Below, in pieces: positions 21,727-30,907 of a stretch of 64,000 bases of DNA. Under the pieces are notes generated by a model. The model made no database searches and was not told the DNA's origin. It worked only from the letters and a program-made list of their open reading frames with translations. Source of the stretch: an uncultured Alphaproteobacteria bacterium (GTDB taxonomy: Bacteria > Pseudomonadota > Alphaproteobacteria > Rhizobiales > Xanthobacteraceae); NCBI GenBank assembly GCA_963741115.1, contig CAVUGR010000008.1, forward strand, positions 45,251 to 109,250, read 5' to 3'. A program made the position numbers and the translations under genes. How positions within the stretch are numbered: the stretch's first letter is position 1; every line of letters begins with the position of its first letter.

Positions 21727-22553
21727 GGTCGATATTTCCGATAACCAGATAAAGACCGCGCCGGCGGCCGAGCCGCGAAGAGCGCAAGCCGCTGCCGCGC
21801 TGGGTGATCACCTGCGCGTCGGTTGCGTGCCTGCTGATCTTCTGGGAAATCTTCGGCCGCGACATCAATCCGATGTTCGGCTCCTATCCGAGCGCCATTG
21901 CGGTGGCGTTCTGGGAGCTGCTGGTCAGCGGCCAATTGTGGAAGGCGCTCTACGACAGTCTGCGGCCGTTTTTGCTCGGCTATGCGCTCGCGATCGTGTT
22001 CGGCGTGCCGCTTGGGCTTCTCATCGGCGGCTTCCGTACGGCGGAAGCAGCGCTCGGCATCTACGTCACCGCCGGTTACGCCATGCCGCTGGTGGCGCTG
22101 GTGCCGCTGCTGATCCTGTGGCTGGGTCTGGGCTTTGCGGTCAAGGTCGCGGTGGTGTTCCTGATGGCGCTGTTCCCGATCACCATCAACACCTGGCTCG
22201 GCGTCGTCGCCGTGCCCAAGACGCTGATCGAGGTCGGCAAGTCGTTTGTCGCCCCCGATCTGGTGATCCTGCGCCGCATCGTGTTGCCGGCGACGCTGCC
22301 TTACATCATGGCCGGCGTTCGTCTGGCGGTCGGCCGCGCCGTGGTGGCGATGGTGATCGCGGAATTCTTCACCACCATTTCCGGGCTCGGCGCGGTGATC
22401 ATCAACTCGGCCAATAATTTCGACACCGCCACCATGTTCGTGCCGATCATTATCCTGATGGTGATGGCAATCGGCTTGAACAGCCTGATCGGTTTCGTCG
22501 AGCGCACCGTCGCGCCCTGGCAGGCGGAGATCGCGGGACGGGAGCGGGAGTAG
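21725..22553 (+). pseudogene. ABC transporter permease (NitT/TauT family), N-terminal frameshift near 21780
   Basis: The ATG at 21725 overlaps the ATPase stop. The frame of MVDISDNQIKT must shift to reach the intact permease body (RKPLPRWVITCASVA... to stop at 22553). Confidence 0.7.
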
Positions 22554-22560
22554 GTCGCTA

Positions 22561-22656
22561 CTGTCATGCCCGCGCAAGCGGGCATCCAGTACGCCGTGAG
22601 GTATCGGATTAAATTGAGACCTGCGTACTGGGTCCCCGCCTTCGCGGGGACGACAA
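22561..22656. repeat. REP-like palindromic intergenic element, family B (GTCATGCCCGCGCAAGCGGGCATCCAGTAC ... GTACTGGGTCCCCGCCTTCGCGGGGACGAC)
   Basis: Inverted-repeat arms. Related copies lie at 23701-23772, 30551-30682, 42756-42790 and 52271-52340. Confidence 0.6.
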
Positions 22657-23676
22657 TTACTCTGAGGCTAGGTTCGTCACCGCCGCGAACAAATCGCGGA
22701 CCTGCTTCTCCGAAATATTCCTGGTGATGAACACCACGCGGCTCTGGCGATTTTCGTCCGGCCAGGTTTCAAGTTCGACCGGCGGATGCGCGAGGTGCTG
22801 CACGAACTGCACCACCACCGGGCCTTTGCAGCCGTCCACCGCGAGGAAGCCTTTGACGCGCAGCAGGTCTCCCCCGCGCAGCGCCATCAGCGTGTCCATG
22901 GCGCGCGCGAACACCTTCCACGATACCGGCGCCGCCTCGTTCAAAACAAAGCTTGAAATGCCGTCGCTGTGCGCGGCCTCCGCGACGAAGGCGTTGCGCT
23001 GAATTACCACCGGCTCGGTCAGCCGTGTCGGGTCAAGTTCGCCGTTCACCGCCCGCAGGATTTCCGCGCCGGAGTTGAGCGCGCGCAGTTGCGCGGTTAG
23101 CGCGTCGGCCGTCTTTTGCCCGGCAATATCGGTCTTGGTCACCACCAGCCGGTCGGCCAGGATTGCCTGCTTGCGCGCTTCGGCCGACCAGGAAAGCGTG
23201 TCGAGCCCGGTCGCCGCATCGACCACCGTGACCACCACGTCCACATGAAACGCCGCCCCCAACGCGCGGTCGGTGGCAAACGTCTGTAAAATCGGGCTGG
23301 GATCGGCTAGCCCTGAGGTCTCGATCACGACGCGGCGGAAGTCGGGGATTTCGCCGCGCTCGCGCTCGACTACCATTCGGCGCAAGGCGTGTTGCAGGTC
23401 GCTGCGGGTGATGCAGCACAGGCAGCCGTTGCCCAAGAGCACCGTCTCGTCAGCGCCTCCACGCACCAGAGCATCGTCGATGCCGGTTGCGCCGAATTCA
23501 TTGATCACCACCGCAGTGCCGCGGCCCGCCTCGGTGCCGAGAAATGTTTGTAGCAGCGTAGTCTTGCCGGCGCCCAGGAAGCCCGTCACCACCGTGACCG
23601 GCACGCGAGCCCCGCGTTCGCGCTTGAGCCTGCGCCCGAACAGGCCGGCGGCGGGTGAGGGGAAAATCTCGTTCAT
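22657..23676 (-). CDS. CobW/G3E-family GTPase (COG0523 metallochaperone-like)
   Basis: P-loop GFLGAGKTTLL, metal-binding GCLCC motif, and the typical C-terminal domain. Intact 339-aa ORF. Confidence 0.85.
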   Translation of the reverse strand: MNEIFPSPAAGLFGRRLKRERGARVPVTVVTGFLGAGKTTLLQTFLGTEAGRGTAVVINEFGATGIDDALVRGGADETVLLGNGCLCCITRSDLQHALRRMVVERERGEIPDFRRVVIETSGLADPSPILQTFATDRALGAAFHVDVVVTVVDAATGLDTLSWSAEARKQAILADRLVVTKTDIAGQKTADALTAQLRALNSGAEILRAVNGELDPTRLTEPVVIQRNAFVAEAAHSDGISSFVLNEAAPVSWKVFARAMDTLMALRGGDLLRVKGFLAVDGCKGPVVVQFVQHLAHPPVELETWPDENRQSRVVFITRNISEKQVRDLFAAVTNLASE

Positions 23677-23700
23677 CTCATACCGTCATCGCCCGCGAAG

Positions 23701-23772
23701 GTGGGCGATCCAGTAAACACCGGACGTGCGGTATGGCCAAGCGCTGGATGCCCGCCTTCGCGGGCATGACAG
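23701..23772. repeat. REP-like element, family B
   Basis: CCAGTA...GGATGCCCGCCTTCGCGGGCATGACAG arms shared with the other family-B copies. Confidence 0.55.
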
Positions 23773-23775
23773 CCT

Positions 23776-25017
23776 CTAAAAATCCATCTCCAGCACATAC
23801 AGCCCGCCGCTGAAACGATCGACGCAATAGACGATCTCGCGCTCGTCGACGTAGACGTCGTTGATCTGCACCGCGCCGACCGGCGTGCCGTTCGGGGCCG
23901 GCGGCACGAAGGCGGCCACTTCCTTCGGCTGGTAGGCGTTGGAAATGTCGTAGGCGCGCAAGCCCCCGTTGAAGAAGGTGCCGAGCACGATCTGGTCGGA
24001 CTTCCAGGCGGTCGGCACCGGCGTGTTCTCGTGGATATTGTGCGCGCCGAAACGCCCGCCGCGGTTGGCATAGGCATCGACCGGCGGCATCGGACAGGTG
24101 GCGATCGGCACCACATGGGTTTCGTCGCGCGCGTCGAGAATCCAGATCAGCTTCGGCCAGTCCTTGGCGGCGTTCTCGGTCGACTCGTCGGTCACCAGCA
24201 TCAGGCCGCGATCGAACAGCGGCACCGCCGTGTGCATGAAGCCGGTATAGGGCGGCGAATTGGTCCAGTGCGAGATAACTTTTGGACTCGCTTTATCCTT
24301 GATGTCCATTACGAACATGCCGCCGTCGATGTAGCAGAGATAAAGCCGGTCCGGCCGGTCCGGATAGACGTTGGTGTTGTGCGCGCGATAGCCCTTGTCG
24401 AGCGGATGGCGCGGCGGCGGCTTGACGTTGTCGGTGACGGATGTGCCAGGCATCCACCAGCGGCCGACCTCGACCGGCTTGGACGGATTGCGCACGTCGA
24501 TGCAGCGGTAGAACTGGTCGTCCTGCGGATGGCTCGGCTTGAAGTCGGGCGCGCCCGAGGCCATGTGCACGTATTCGCCGTCGCAGAACCACAACTGGTG
24601 CACGCCGCGCGAATTGGCGCCCGAGCAGTCGAAGAACGAAATCGAGCGCGGCTTTTCCGGCACCGAGCAGTCGAACAGTTCGAGCCCGGCCGGCTGCTGG
24701 CCGACCTTCTGCGTCTGATAGGCGACCGCCAGGATGTCGCCGGTCATCTCCAGCGAGTTCGAGCGCATATGCGCCTGCGGCAGGGCGGTCTGCACCACCA
24801 CTTTCGGATTGCGCGGATCGGACACGTCGACGCCGGTAAAATTCTTCGGCGCGCTCTCGTGCGCCAGCCAGAGGATGCGGCGCCCGTCTTTGGCGATCTG
24901 CACCGCGATGCCTTCGCCCATGCCGCCGAAGCCGCCGAGATCGTTCTGCGCGAGCAGCTTGAAATTCCAGGTGGTGGGCTCGCCGGACTGGCTGAGCGGA
25001 TTGGTGGCGGTGGACAT
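23776..25017 (-). CDS. hypothetical cytoplasmic beta-propeller protein (LVIVD-repeat-like)
   Basis: 413-aa intact ORF with no signal peptide. It has repeated Gly-rich beta-strand motifs ending in hydrophobic-x-hydrophobic-D (e.g. DILAVAY, LYLCYIDGGMFVMDI, GGLYVLEMDF). I recognise no catalytic family. It sits between the CobW GTPase and the ABC importer in the same operon. Confidence 0.6.
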   Translation of the reverse strand: MSTATNPLSQSGEPTTWNFKLLAQNDLGGFGGMGEGIAVQIAKDGRRILWLAHESAPKNFTGVDVSDPRNPKVVVQTALPQAHMRSNSLEMTGDILAVAYQTQKVGQQPAGLELFDCSVPEKPRSISFFDCSGANSRGVHQLWFCDGEYVHMASGAPDFKPSHPQDDQFYRCIDVRNPSKPVEVGRWWMPGTSVTDNVKPPPRHPLDKGYRAHNTNVYPDRPDRLYLCYIDGGMFVMDIKDKASPKVISHWTNSPPYTGFMHTAVPLFDRGLMLVTDESTENAAKDWPKLIWILDARDETHVVPIATCPMPPVDAYANRGGRFGAHNIHENTPVPTAWKSDQIVLGTFFNGGLRAYDISNAYQPKEVAAFVPPAPNGTPVGAVQINDVYVDEREIVYCVDRFSGGLYVLEMDF

Positions 25018-25096
25018 TCGCGTCTCCGATGTTGGCGTTGGTCGCGTGGAAAGGCCGGCGCCTAGGCGCCGGCCTAGCGTGGATGTAGGATGAAGT

Positions 25097-26086
25097 TTAA
25101 GCCCCGGCCTGCTTGAAGAATTCAGTGCGCAGCACTTTATCCCAATCCGGGATCGCCTTGATCTTGTTCTCCCTGAGCAGGATTTCGGCCTGCGCCTGCA
25201 TGTAGGGTTTGATGTCGGCCGGCCAGCCCGGCTGCACTTCGACGCGCGACAGCGCCTTGGTGAAGGTGTCCTTCGACATGGTGTAGCCCTTCGAGGTGTA
25301 GAACGTGTAGATCACGTCCGCCACCTTGCCGGGGTTGGACTTGAAGTCCTTCGCCACTTCGATCCAGGCCTTGAGATAGGCGACCACGGTCTGCGGGCTC
25401 TTCTCGACGAAGTCGGGCGTCGCCGCCATGAACACCGGCAGTCTGTCGAAGGTATCGAACTCCGAGATCGTGTTCGCCAGACCGTCGGCTTCCGCGATGG
25501 CGTTGTAGGGCTCGACATTGCACATGGCATCGACGGTCTTGGCGGCCATGGCGGCCACCATGTCGTCGACGTTCATGCGGACTTCCTGATAGTCGCCCTT
25601 CTTCAGGCCGGCTTTGGTTGCGATCTGGTCGACGAAAATGTTGCCGGTCGACGAGCCGGTCTGGTTGGCGACCTTCAAACCTTTAAGCTGCTCGACCTTG
25701 GTGAGTCCCAGATCCTTGCGCGCCATCACGCGCGCGGTCTTGCCGACATATTCGATCATGGCGATGGCGACCATGCCGCCTTTGTCGTGGCCGAGCGCGA
25801 GCGATGGGCCGGCATAGGTGCCCATGTCGACCTGGCGCGCCACCATCTGCTGCATGGTGAGATTGCCGGACGGCACCGCGAATTCCTCGAACTTGACGCC
25901 GTTCTTCTCAAGCAGGCCGGAGCGCAGCAGATAATAAGTCGGCATGCCCCACATGTTGGTCTGGTAGCCCTGGCGCACTGTCTCCAGCGCGAAGGCCGGC
26001 CGCATGCCCAGGCCCGCCGCCAGTACGCCGGCGCCGGTTGCCGCCAGCGCGTGCCGGCGGGTAATTCCCTTTTGCAGAATGGTCAT
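25097..26086 (-). CDS. ABC transporter substrate-binding protein (NMT1/THI5-like, NitT/TauT family), Tat-type signal
   Basis: RRHALAATGAGVLAAGLG signal. Intact 329-aa ORF. Confidence 0.8.
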   Translation of the reverse strand: MTILQKGITRRHALAATGAGVLAAGLGMRPAFALETVRQGYQTNMWGMPTYYLLRSGLLEKNGVKFEEFAVPSGNLTMQQMVARQVDMGTYAGPSLALGHDKGGMVAIAMIEYVGKTARVMARKDLGLTKVEQLKGLKVANQTGSSTGNIFVDQIATKAGLKKGDYQEVRMNVDDMVAAMAAKTVDAMCNVEPYNAIAEADGLANTISEFDTFDRLPVFMAATPDFVEKSPQTVVAYLKAWIEVAKDFKSNPGKVADVIYTFYTSKGYTMSKDTFTKALSRVEVQPGWPADIKPYMQAQAEILLRENKIKAIPDWDKVLRTEFFKQAGA

Positions 26087-26125
26087 CGCGTTATCCTCCC
26101 TTTCGAATTGGCTGTCAGTTGACCG

Positions 26126-26899
26126 CTAATTTGCCGTTTCTTCTACTTTCACATCATGACCCAGAAGTTGCATCAGCTCCTTCTGGCATTCGACGAATTC
26201 AACGCTGAGCGGATCGCGCGGGCGCGGCAACGCTATCTTGACCAGCGCTTTGACCGTGCCGGGATGCGGGCTCATCACCACCACCCGGTCGGCCAGATAC
26301 ACCGCTTCCGCCACATTGTGCGTCACGTAGATCACCGTCTTGCGGGTAGCTTTCCACACATCGGCGAGCAACCGCTGCATGTCGTCGCGCGTCATCGCGT
26401 CCAATGCGGCAAACGGTTCGTCCATCAAGAGTACCGAGGGATTGTACGCCAGCGCGCGGGCGATGGCGACCCGTTGCTGCATGCCGCCGGATAAATGGTG
26501 CGGGTAGGAATTGATGAACTTCTCCAGTTTCACCAGGCGCAATTGCTCGCGCGCGATTCTGTCGCGTTCCTGCTTGGGCACGCCCTTCATTTCCAGCCCG
26601 AATTCGACGTTGCCGAGCGCCGTCCGCCAGGGAAACAACTGGGCGAAGTCCTGGAACACCACGCCGCGGTCCATGCCGTGCCCGGTCACGGCCTTGCCGC
26701 CGATGCGGATTTCGCCGGACACCGGCGCAAGGAATCCGGCGATGATATTGAGCAGCGTGGACTTGCCGCAGCCGGACGGCCCGACGATGCATAAAAACTC
26801 CGAGGCATCGATGTTGAGGCTGACGTTCTTGACGCCCGGCACCTTGCCGCCGGGCGTGTCGTAGGTCAGCGTCACGTCGCGTATTTCGATTGGAACCAT
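26126..26899 (-). CDS. ABC transporter ATP-binding protein (NitT/TauT family)
   Basis: ATG at 26899 (MVPIEIRDV...). Walker A GPSGCGKST, LSGGMQQR, LLMDEPF. The ORF-track extension to 27385 is upstream out-of-context sequence. Confidence 0.85.
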   Translation of the reverse strand: MVPIEIRDVTLTYDTPGGKVPGVKNVSLNIDASEFLCIVGPSGCGKSTLLNIIAGFLAPVSGEIRIGGKAVTGHGMDRGVVFQDFAQLFPWRTALGNVEFGLEMKGVPKQERDRIAREQLRLVKLEKFINSYPHHLSGGMQQRVAIARALAYNPSVLLMDEPFAALDAMTRDDMQRLLADVWKATRKTVIYVTHNVAEAVYLADRVVVMSPHPGTVKALVKIALPRPRDPLSVEFVECQKELMQLLGHDVKVEETAN

Positions 26900-26901
26900 T
26901 G

Positions 26902-27723
26902 TTAGCCTTTTGCTTTTTCTTTTTTCGCCGGAGCCCAGCGCGGAGGGCGCTTCTCGAGGAACGCCGCCAGACCTTCGGCGGCTTCCGCGCTCTGACGCTT
27001 GGCGGAATGTGCTTCGATCAGCCCGGTGAAGGCCGCGTCGTCGAGATGGGCCCAGGCCGAGCGCAGCGCACATAATTTCGTTTGCGCGACGGCGTCCGGC
27101 CCGCTGGCCAGCAGTTGACCGACAATGCGCTCGCCGGCGGCTTCCAGTTCGGTAAGCGGCACCACCTCGTGCACCAGGCCGATGCGGCGCGCCTCCGCCG
27201 CATCGAAGCGCTCGCCAGTGAGCGCATAGCGGCGTACCTGGCGCAGGCCGATGGCGTCGTTGAGCTGCGGGATAATGATGGTGCCGGCGACGCCGACGCG
27301 CACTTCGGCGATCGAGAAGGCGGCGCTGTCGGCGGCGATCACGATGTCGCACGCAGAGATGATGCCGGTGCCGCCACCGAAGCAATAGCCCTGCACCAGC
27401 GCTACCGTCGGAACCGGCAGCAGATTGAGCCGCTGCACCGCTTCCGCGGTCATGCGCGAGGCGCGCAAATTTTCCGCAGGCGAGGACTGCCGCACTGAAT
27501 TAAGCCAGCCGACATCGGCCCCGGCCTGGAAATTCTTGCCGTTGCCGGTAATGACGACCGCGCGCAACGACATCGCGCCGAGCGCGTCGTAAGTTTTCAG
27601 CAAAGCCGCGATCAGCTCACCATTATAGGCGTTATAGACTTCCGGGCGGTTGAGGATGACGCGCGCCACGCCACGTTCGTCGACGCTCCACAAGACCGGG
27701 CCGGTGGAAGACGCCTGGGTCAT
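26902..27723 (-). CDS. enoyl-CoA hydratase/isomerase (crotonase) family protein
   Basis: Crotonase-fold motifs (VITGNGKNFQAGADV; GYCFGGG). The stop abuts the ATPase start. It sits between the permease and ATPase genes of the transporter. Confidence 0.85.
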   Translation of the reverse strand: MTQASSTGPVLWSVDERGVARVILNRPEVYNAYNGELIAALLKTYDALGAMSLRAVVITGNGKNFQAGADVGWLNSVRQSSPAENLRASRMTAEAVQRLNLLPVPTVALVQGYCFGGGTGIISACDIVIAADSAAFSIAEVRVGVAGTIIIPQLNDAIGLRQVRRYALTGERFDAAEARRIGLVHEVVPLTELEAAGERIVGQLLASGPDAVAQTKLCALRSAWAHLDDAAFTGLIEAHSAKRQSAEAAEGLAAFLEKRPPRWAPAKKEKAKG

Positions 27724-27726
27724 CGC

Positions 27727-28533
27727 TTAGCCCTTGGCCGCGCGCGACATGCCCCAGCGCTGCACGGTGGCACGCTCGATCGACCCGAACACCAGGCGCT
27801 CGAACAGATAGCCGATGGCGCCGATGACGATGAGGGCCGCCAGCATGACGTCGGTATTGAGGAATTCCTTGGCGTCGAAGATCACCCAGCCCAACCCCCA
27901 ATCGGAGGCCGCAATCATCTCGGCGCCGACCACCGCGATCCAGGCGCGCAGGAACGATTGCCGCATGCCGGTGATGATGAAGGGCGAGGCGCCGGGAATG
28001 ATCACCTTCCAGAACAGGCTGTGCTCGTCGGCGCCCATGCAGCCTGCCGCGCGCAGCCAGAGCGGATTGACCGAGCGCACGCCCGACCAGGTGTTGAACA
28101 CCATCGGAAAGGTCGCGGCATAGAACACGATCAGGATCGTGGTCAGGTTGCCGATGCCGAACCAGAGCATGAACAGCGGCACCAGCGCGAAGGAAGGGAT
28201 CGGCATCAGCGCGCTGATCAGCGGCAGGCAGAAATGCTCGATTCGCTTGAAGCGCGCCATCAGGATGCCGAGCGGGATGCCGACCACTACGGCGAGGCTG
28301 AAGCCGAACATCACCCGGTACATGGTGAAAGCGGCGTGCTCGATCATGGTGCCGTCGGCAAGGGTGGCGAAGAGCGCGGAGAGGATGGCCGAGATCCGCG
28401 GCAGCAGCGCCGGGGCAAAATAGCCGCTGCGCGCCAGCGCCTCGTAGCAGGCGGCGGCAGCGGCAAGGGTGACGGCGGCGCGCACAAAGGAGCGCGCGCG
28501 CATTCCGTTTTCGGTCATTACAACTGCGGTCAT
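27727..28533 (-). CDS. ABC transporter permease (NitT/TauT family), subunit 2
   Basis: ATG at 28533 overlaps the upstream permease stop (ATGA). EAA loop and TM helices are present. Confidence 0.8.
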   Translation of the reverse strand: MTAVVMTENGMRARSFVRAAVTLAAAAACYEALARSGYFAPALLPRISAILSALFATLADGTMIEHAAFTMYRVMFGFSLAVVVGIPLGILMARFKRIEHFCLPLISALMPIPSFALVPLFMLWFGIGNLTTILIVFYAATFPMVFNTWSGVRSVNPLWLRAAGCMGADEHSLFWKVIIPGASPFIITGMRQSFLRAWIAVVGAEMIAASDWGLGWVIFDAKEFLNTDVMLAALIVIGAIGYLFERLVFGSIERATVQRWGMSRAAKG

Positions 28534-29360
28534 GCGCGCACCATGCCCCAGCGCACGACGGTGTAGTCCTCGATCTTCTGGAACACGAGTTTTTCCAGGA
28601 TCAGGCCGATGATGGCAATCACCGCGATGCCGGCCATCATGACGTCGGTGTTGAGGAACTTGCGCGCGCCGAAGATCATCCAGCCCAGCCCCCACGGCAC
28701 GGCGGCCAGCATCTCGACCGCCACCAGGATGCGCCAGGCCTGCGCCAGGCCGAGCCGCATGCCGGTGAGGATATAGGGCAGGGCGCCGGGCAGGATGACG
28801 TAGCGGAACAGACGTTTGTCGTCGGCGCCCATGGATTGCGCCGAGCGCACCCAGATTTCCTTCACCGCTTTGACGCCGGTCCAGCTGTTGAAGATGATCG
28901 GGAACGACGACACGAAGCCGACCAGCAGCACGGACGAGAAATTGCCCAGGCCGAACCAGAGCAGGAACAGCGGCGCGTAAGCGAGGCCGGGGATCGGCGC
29001 GCAAATGCTGACCAGCGGCAGGAAGATGTCCTCGGCCCGGCGCGAACGCGCCATCAGCACGCCGATGATCACGCCGAACACCGCGGCAAGCGTAAAGCCG
29101 GTCAGCAGACGGATCACCGTCTCGATGGCGTGATGCGGCAGGATGCCGTTGACGGTCAGCCGCACGAAGGCCGACACGACTTCCTCGAGCGTCGGAAATA
29201 GCCGGCGTGGGAACACGCCCATCCAGGCGACGATCTCCCAGATGGTACCGACCACCACGAACGGGAAGATGTTGCGCGCGATGAGGCGCCAGCGCTCGTT
29301 ACCGCTTTCGGGGCGGTCGGGCGCATCCGTTACGGCAATGGTGGTGACCGCATCCTGCAT
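28530..29360 (-). CDS. ABC transporter permease (NitT/TauT family), subunit 1
   Basis: 276-aa intact ORF, paralogous to the downstream permease. This family usually uses one permease as a homodimer, so two different permeases suggest a heterodimeric channel. Confidence 0.8.
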   Translation of the reverse strand: MQDAVTTIAVTDAPDRPESGNERWRLIARNIFPFVVVGTIWEIVAWMGVFPRRLFPTLEEVVSAFVRLTVNGILPHHAIETVIRLLTGFTLAAVFGVIIGVLMARSRRAEDIFLPLVSICAPIPGLAYAPLFLLWFGLGNFSSVLLVGFVSSFPIIFNSWTGVKAVKEIWVRSAQSMGADDKRLFRYVILPGALPYILTGMRLGLAQAWRILVAVEMLAAVPWGLGWMIFGARKFLNTDVMMAGIAVIAIIGLILEKLVFQKIEDYTVVRWGMVRA

Positions 29361-29593
29361 GGCTGCCGGCGCTCCTCCCTGAACGTCTTGGTTCGCGGGC
29401 CTCTTGCGGGCCCTTCAGCGGTTGTTGCCGCCACGGGGCGCAGAATAATGCGCTTTGAACGGTAACCACAAGCATGCGTGCTGCTGCATTCGCGAGCACC
29501 GGCGCGCCCTCTGGCGATTTGGCGGCAGACCGGCTAAAGCCCCGCTCAAGACCGCGAATGCCGCGGCAAAAATTCCAACGGGAGAGTTTCGTG

Positions 29594-30547
29594 ATGTCGA
29601 ACAATGCACAAAAGATCGGCTGGATCGGAGTCGGCCGCATGGGGACGCCGATGGTCGAACGGCTCCTGAAGGCCGGTCACGACGTGACGATCTGGAACCG
29701 CACCCGCGCCAAGGCCGAGCCGCTGGCCGCCAAGGGCGGCAAGATCGTCGACAAGCCGGTCGATCTGGCCGGTTGCGACGTGGTGTTCGCCATCGTTTCC
29801 ACCGGCAAGGACGTCGAGGAAGTGGTCTTCGGCAAGGACGGTCTGCTCAGCGGCGCCAAGAAACCGAAAATGCTGGTCGACTGCTCGTCGATCTCGGTCG
29901 AGGAATCCGCCGAGATCCGCAAGCGCCTGCAAGAAAAGGGCGTGAGCTTTCTGGCCGCGCCCGTGTCCGGCAATGCCAAGGTCATCAAGGCCGGCAAGCT
30001 GTCATCGGTGGTGTCAGGCCCCGAAGCCGACGCCAAGATCGCCATGCCGCTGATCGAAGTGTTCGCGCCGCAGGGCGTCTCCTACGTGGGCGACGGGCGA
30101 ACTCGCGCGCATCTGCAAGATCGCGCACAACGTCATGCTCGGCGTGGTGATCGAGAACCTGATCGAGATCACGCTGCTCGCCAACAAGATGGGCGTGCCG
30201 CGCCACGCCTTCCTCGCCTTCATGAACAACGGCGTGATGGGCTCGATGTTCACCAAGTACAAGACGCCGGCGCTGGTCAATCTCGACTGGACCACGACGT
30301 TCACGCCGGAGCTGTTGCGCAAGGATCTCGATCTGGGTCTCGCGCTCGGCCGCGAATGGGACGTGCCGATGCCGGTGACGGCGGCGACGCGCGAGGTGCT
30401 GCAAGGCCATTTCGGCGCCGCCATGCTGCAGAAGAATCCGGAGGAATACTCCAGAAGGATTTCGCCGCGCTGGCCGAAACCATGGCGCTCGCCGCCGGCA
30501 TGAAACTCACGCCGGAAAACAAGAACGTCGGGACGGGGCTGGAGTAG
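29594..30547 (+). pseudogene. NAD(P)-dependent oxidoreductase, 3-hydroxyisobutyrate dehydrogenase (HIBADH) family, about 3 frameshifts
   Basis: GGGAGAG Shine-Dalgarno before the ATG at 29594. N-terminal GWIGVGRMG Rossmann fold. The frame is lost near 30095, recovered as ORF 30135-30503, and lost again near 30455 (EEY|LQKDFAAL; one missing C). Confidence 0.75.
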
Positions 30548-30550
30548 CTG

Positions 30551-30682
30551 TTGTCGTCCCCGCGAAGGCGGGGCCCCAGTAATCACCGGCAGCGTTTTGA
30601 TCGATAGGCTGTCGAGTACTGGATGCCCGCCGGAGCCTGTCATCGGGCCGCGCTTCGCGCGGACCCGTTGGCGGGCATGACG
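30551..30682. repeat. compound REP-like element (family B arms, two nested palindromes)
   Basis: GTCGTCCCCGCGAAGGCGGGGCCCCAGTA ... TACTGGATGCCCGCC ... GGCGGGCATGAC. Confidence 0.55.
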
Positions 30683-30695
30683 GCGCGTGCGCACA

Positions 30696-30720
30696 CAAAA
30701 AAGGGCCCCTTGCGGGGCCC
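30696..30720 (-). terminator. GC-rich hairpin (GGGCCCC-TTGC-GGGGCCC) followed by a T7 run on the minus strand; candidate intrinsic terminator with no minus-strand CDS upstream of it
   Basis: Seen directly in the sequence. Both flanking genes are on the plus strand. Confidence 0.3.
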
Positions 30721-30907
30721 TGTGTGCATAAGGTGGAGGATTCTCGCCGCCGTAGCCAAAAGGGAGGAAAACGGCGACTGCGCACGGGAACAGTGAAGCG
30801 GTCACACGCGGTTACCACAAGTAAATTGCCCGTAAATTCCCATTGGCTTATGTACGGTCGCCGACGCATCATTTGATTTGATAAATCCGAGGGAACCGGG
30901 GACCGCC

